Assembly: GCA_015680685.1 (NCBI GenBank)
Contig: MNCI01000651.1
Span: 1,603,832 to 1,667,831, forward strand
Source: Gnetum montanum
Lineage: Eukaryota; Plantae; Gnetophyta
Direction: 5' to 3'
Length of the DNA: 64,000 bases
Numbering within the stretch: the first letter of the stretch is position 1; every line of letters starts with the position of its first letter. A program made the translations under genes and the position numbers. The notes beneath the pieces were generated by a model that was given only the letters and a program-made list of their open reading frames with translations, was not told the DNA's origin and ran no database searches. Positions 62,753 through 64,000 of this stretch are shown here, piece after piece.

Positions 62753-64000
62753 TTAGTATGAGTGTCCATCTCCCCCATGACTAAGTTGGAAGGGGGAGAT
62801 CCGAAAGATTGAGCATGGTTGTCCATTTGGCGAGGTGTCTGTGGAGTTGGTTGGATTGGGCTTATGGAAAGGTTTTACTTGTTGGATGTTGACTAATTGT
62901 TTCTTATCTGGGTTGTCAAGTTTATAGATAATCATGGTCCTAAATTAAAAAGTCTCATCAATAATGTAAGGTCCTTCACAAAATGTTTGAAATTTGGTTC
63001 ATTGGGGTACGTGTGCAGGATTCTAGTAGAGGACCTTGTCTCCTAGTTGAAATGTGAATTTTCTTATTTTGAGGTCATGACATTTCTTATTAAATGGCTT
63101 ATGAATTTCATTGGATGATAGGACCATTAACTAATTTTCATCTAGCAAGTTGAGGTTCATTAATCATTTTTTCTATGCTAGACTTAGATTCAAGTTAAGA
63201 TCATAGGCTGTAGAGAGTGTACAGAGCTTGGATTGGATGGGTAGTGTTAGTAGTTTTTCATACATAAGCTCATAGGGAGAATAACCTATGGGAAGCTTCC
63301 ATGTGGAGTAATAGGCCCAAAGGGCATCATTTAATTTGGTGCTCTAGTCCCTTCAGTATTTGCTAATGGTGTGCATTAGAATTTTTGTAATCTCCCGATT
63401 AGTGACCTCAGCTTGACCATTGGGTTGGGGTGATATGGTGTTGTGAGTTTGTGCTCAATCCCCAAGCATTGCATAAGTTTTCAAAAAGTGGCACCCATAA
63501 AATGAGTTCCATTATTATAAATTAATGCATGAGGCACACCAAACCTATTTATGATATTTTGTTGTACAAATCGAGTAGCAGTAGTGGATGTATAGTTGGT
63601 TATAGCTACTGCTTCTGCCCACTTAGTGCAATAGTCAATTGTGACTATGATATATGAATTTCCATTTGACAAAGGTGCGATTGGACCCATAAAGTCAATG
63701 CCCCAAATATCAAATGGCTTAAGAGGCTAAATCCATTACTATGGCCCCTCCATTCAAGTTGTCATCCCACTAGCCCTTTGAAAATGATCACAAGCACAGA
63801 TGAATTGGTGTACATCCCTAAAGATTGTTGGCCAATAATATCCCGCCATGAGGATTTTTATGGCTGTGCATCTCCCAACATAATGGCCCCCACAAGGGCC
63901 TTCCTGAGCATCCTGGAGAATGCGTAGTTGATTTGTGTCAGGGACACACCAGTGTACTAGGCCATCAGGATAGACTTGGTAAAGGTTCCCATTAATTTCC
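62753..64000 (-). pseudogene. pol: Integrase region of element C
   Basis: ORF fragments 63481-63690 and 62753-62935; zinc-finger remnant GPCGGHY..CDH. Confidence 0.92.

Larger units (their letters stand above)
59722..64000 (-). mobile_element. Athila-like element C (integrase, 3' spacer, 3' LTR); continues beyond the window
   Basis: [27 protein letters not shown] (63481-63710) and KKQLVNIQQVKPF; PPT-like GGGGGTA; LTR 59722-60741 with TGATGA..TCATCA ends. Confidence 0.88.

Overview
AT-rich, CpG-depleted land-plant heterochromatin with no intact host gene. A non-angiosperm host such as a gymnosperm is suggested by the Tat domain order, but this is inference. The window is a stack of nested, decayed LTR retrotransposons: three Athila-like Ty3/gypsy copies (two with an env-like extra ORF), a chromodomain-bearing Ty3/gypsy, a complete Tnt1/Tork-like Ty1/copia, SIRE-like non-autonomous copia pieces, a Tat element with archaeal-type RNase H between protease and RT, a solo LTR and one Mutator-like terminus. 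The standout is a chromovirus family whose internal leader carries a 45-bp tandem array and a 5S rRNA-derived Pol III promoter. One copy (~15960-23058) continues into gag-pol. A second LTR-bounded copy (29628-35247) has no recognisable gag-pol and instead carries a full-domain, intronless CCR4/nocturnin-type deadenylase pseudogene. Also present are an intronless SINAT RING-FANCM helicase chimera (44520-45843, minus) beside the Mutator-like terminus and a ~130-bp inverted patch inside a pol gene. All family assignments come from manual translation and recalled motifs, not database searches.
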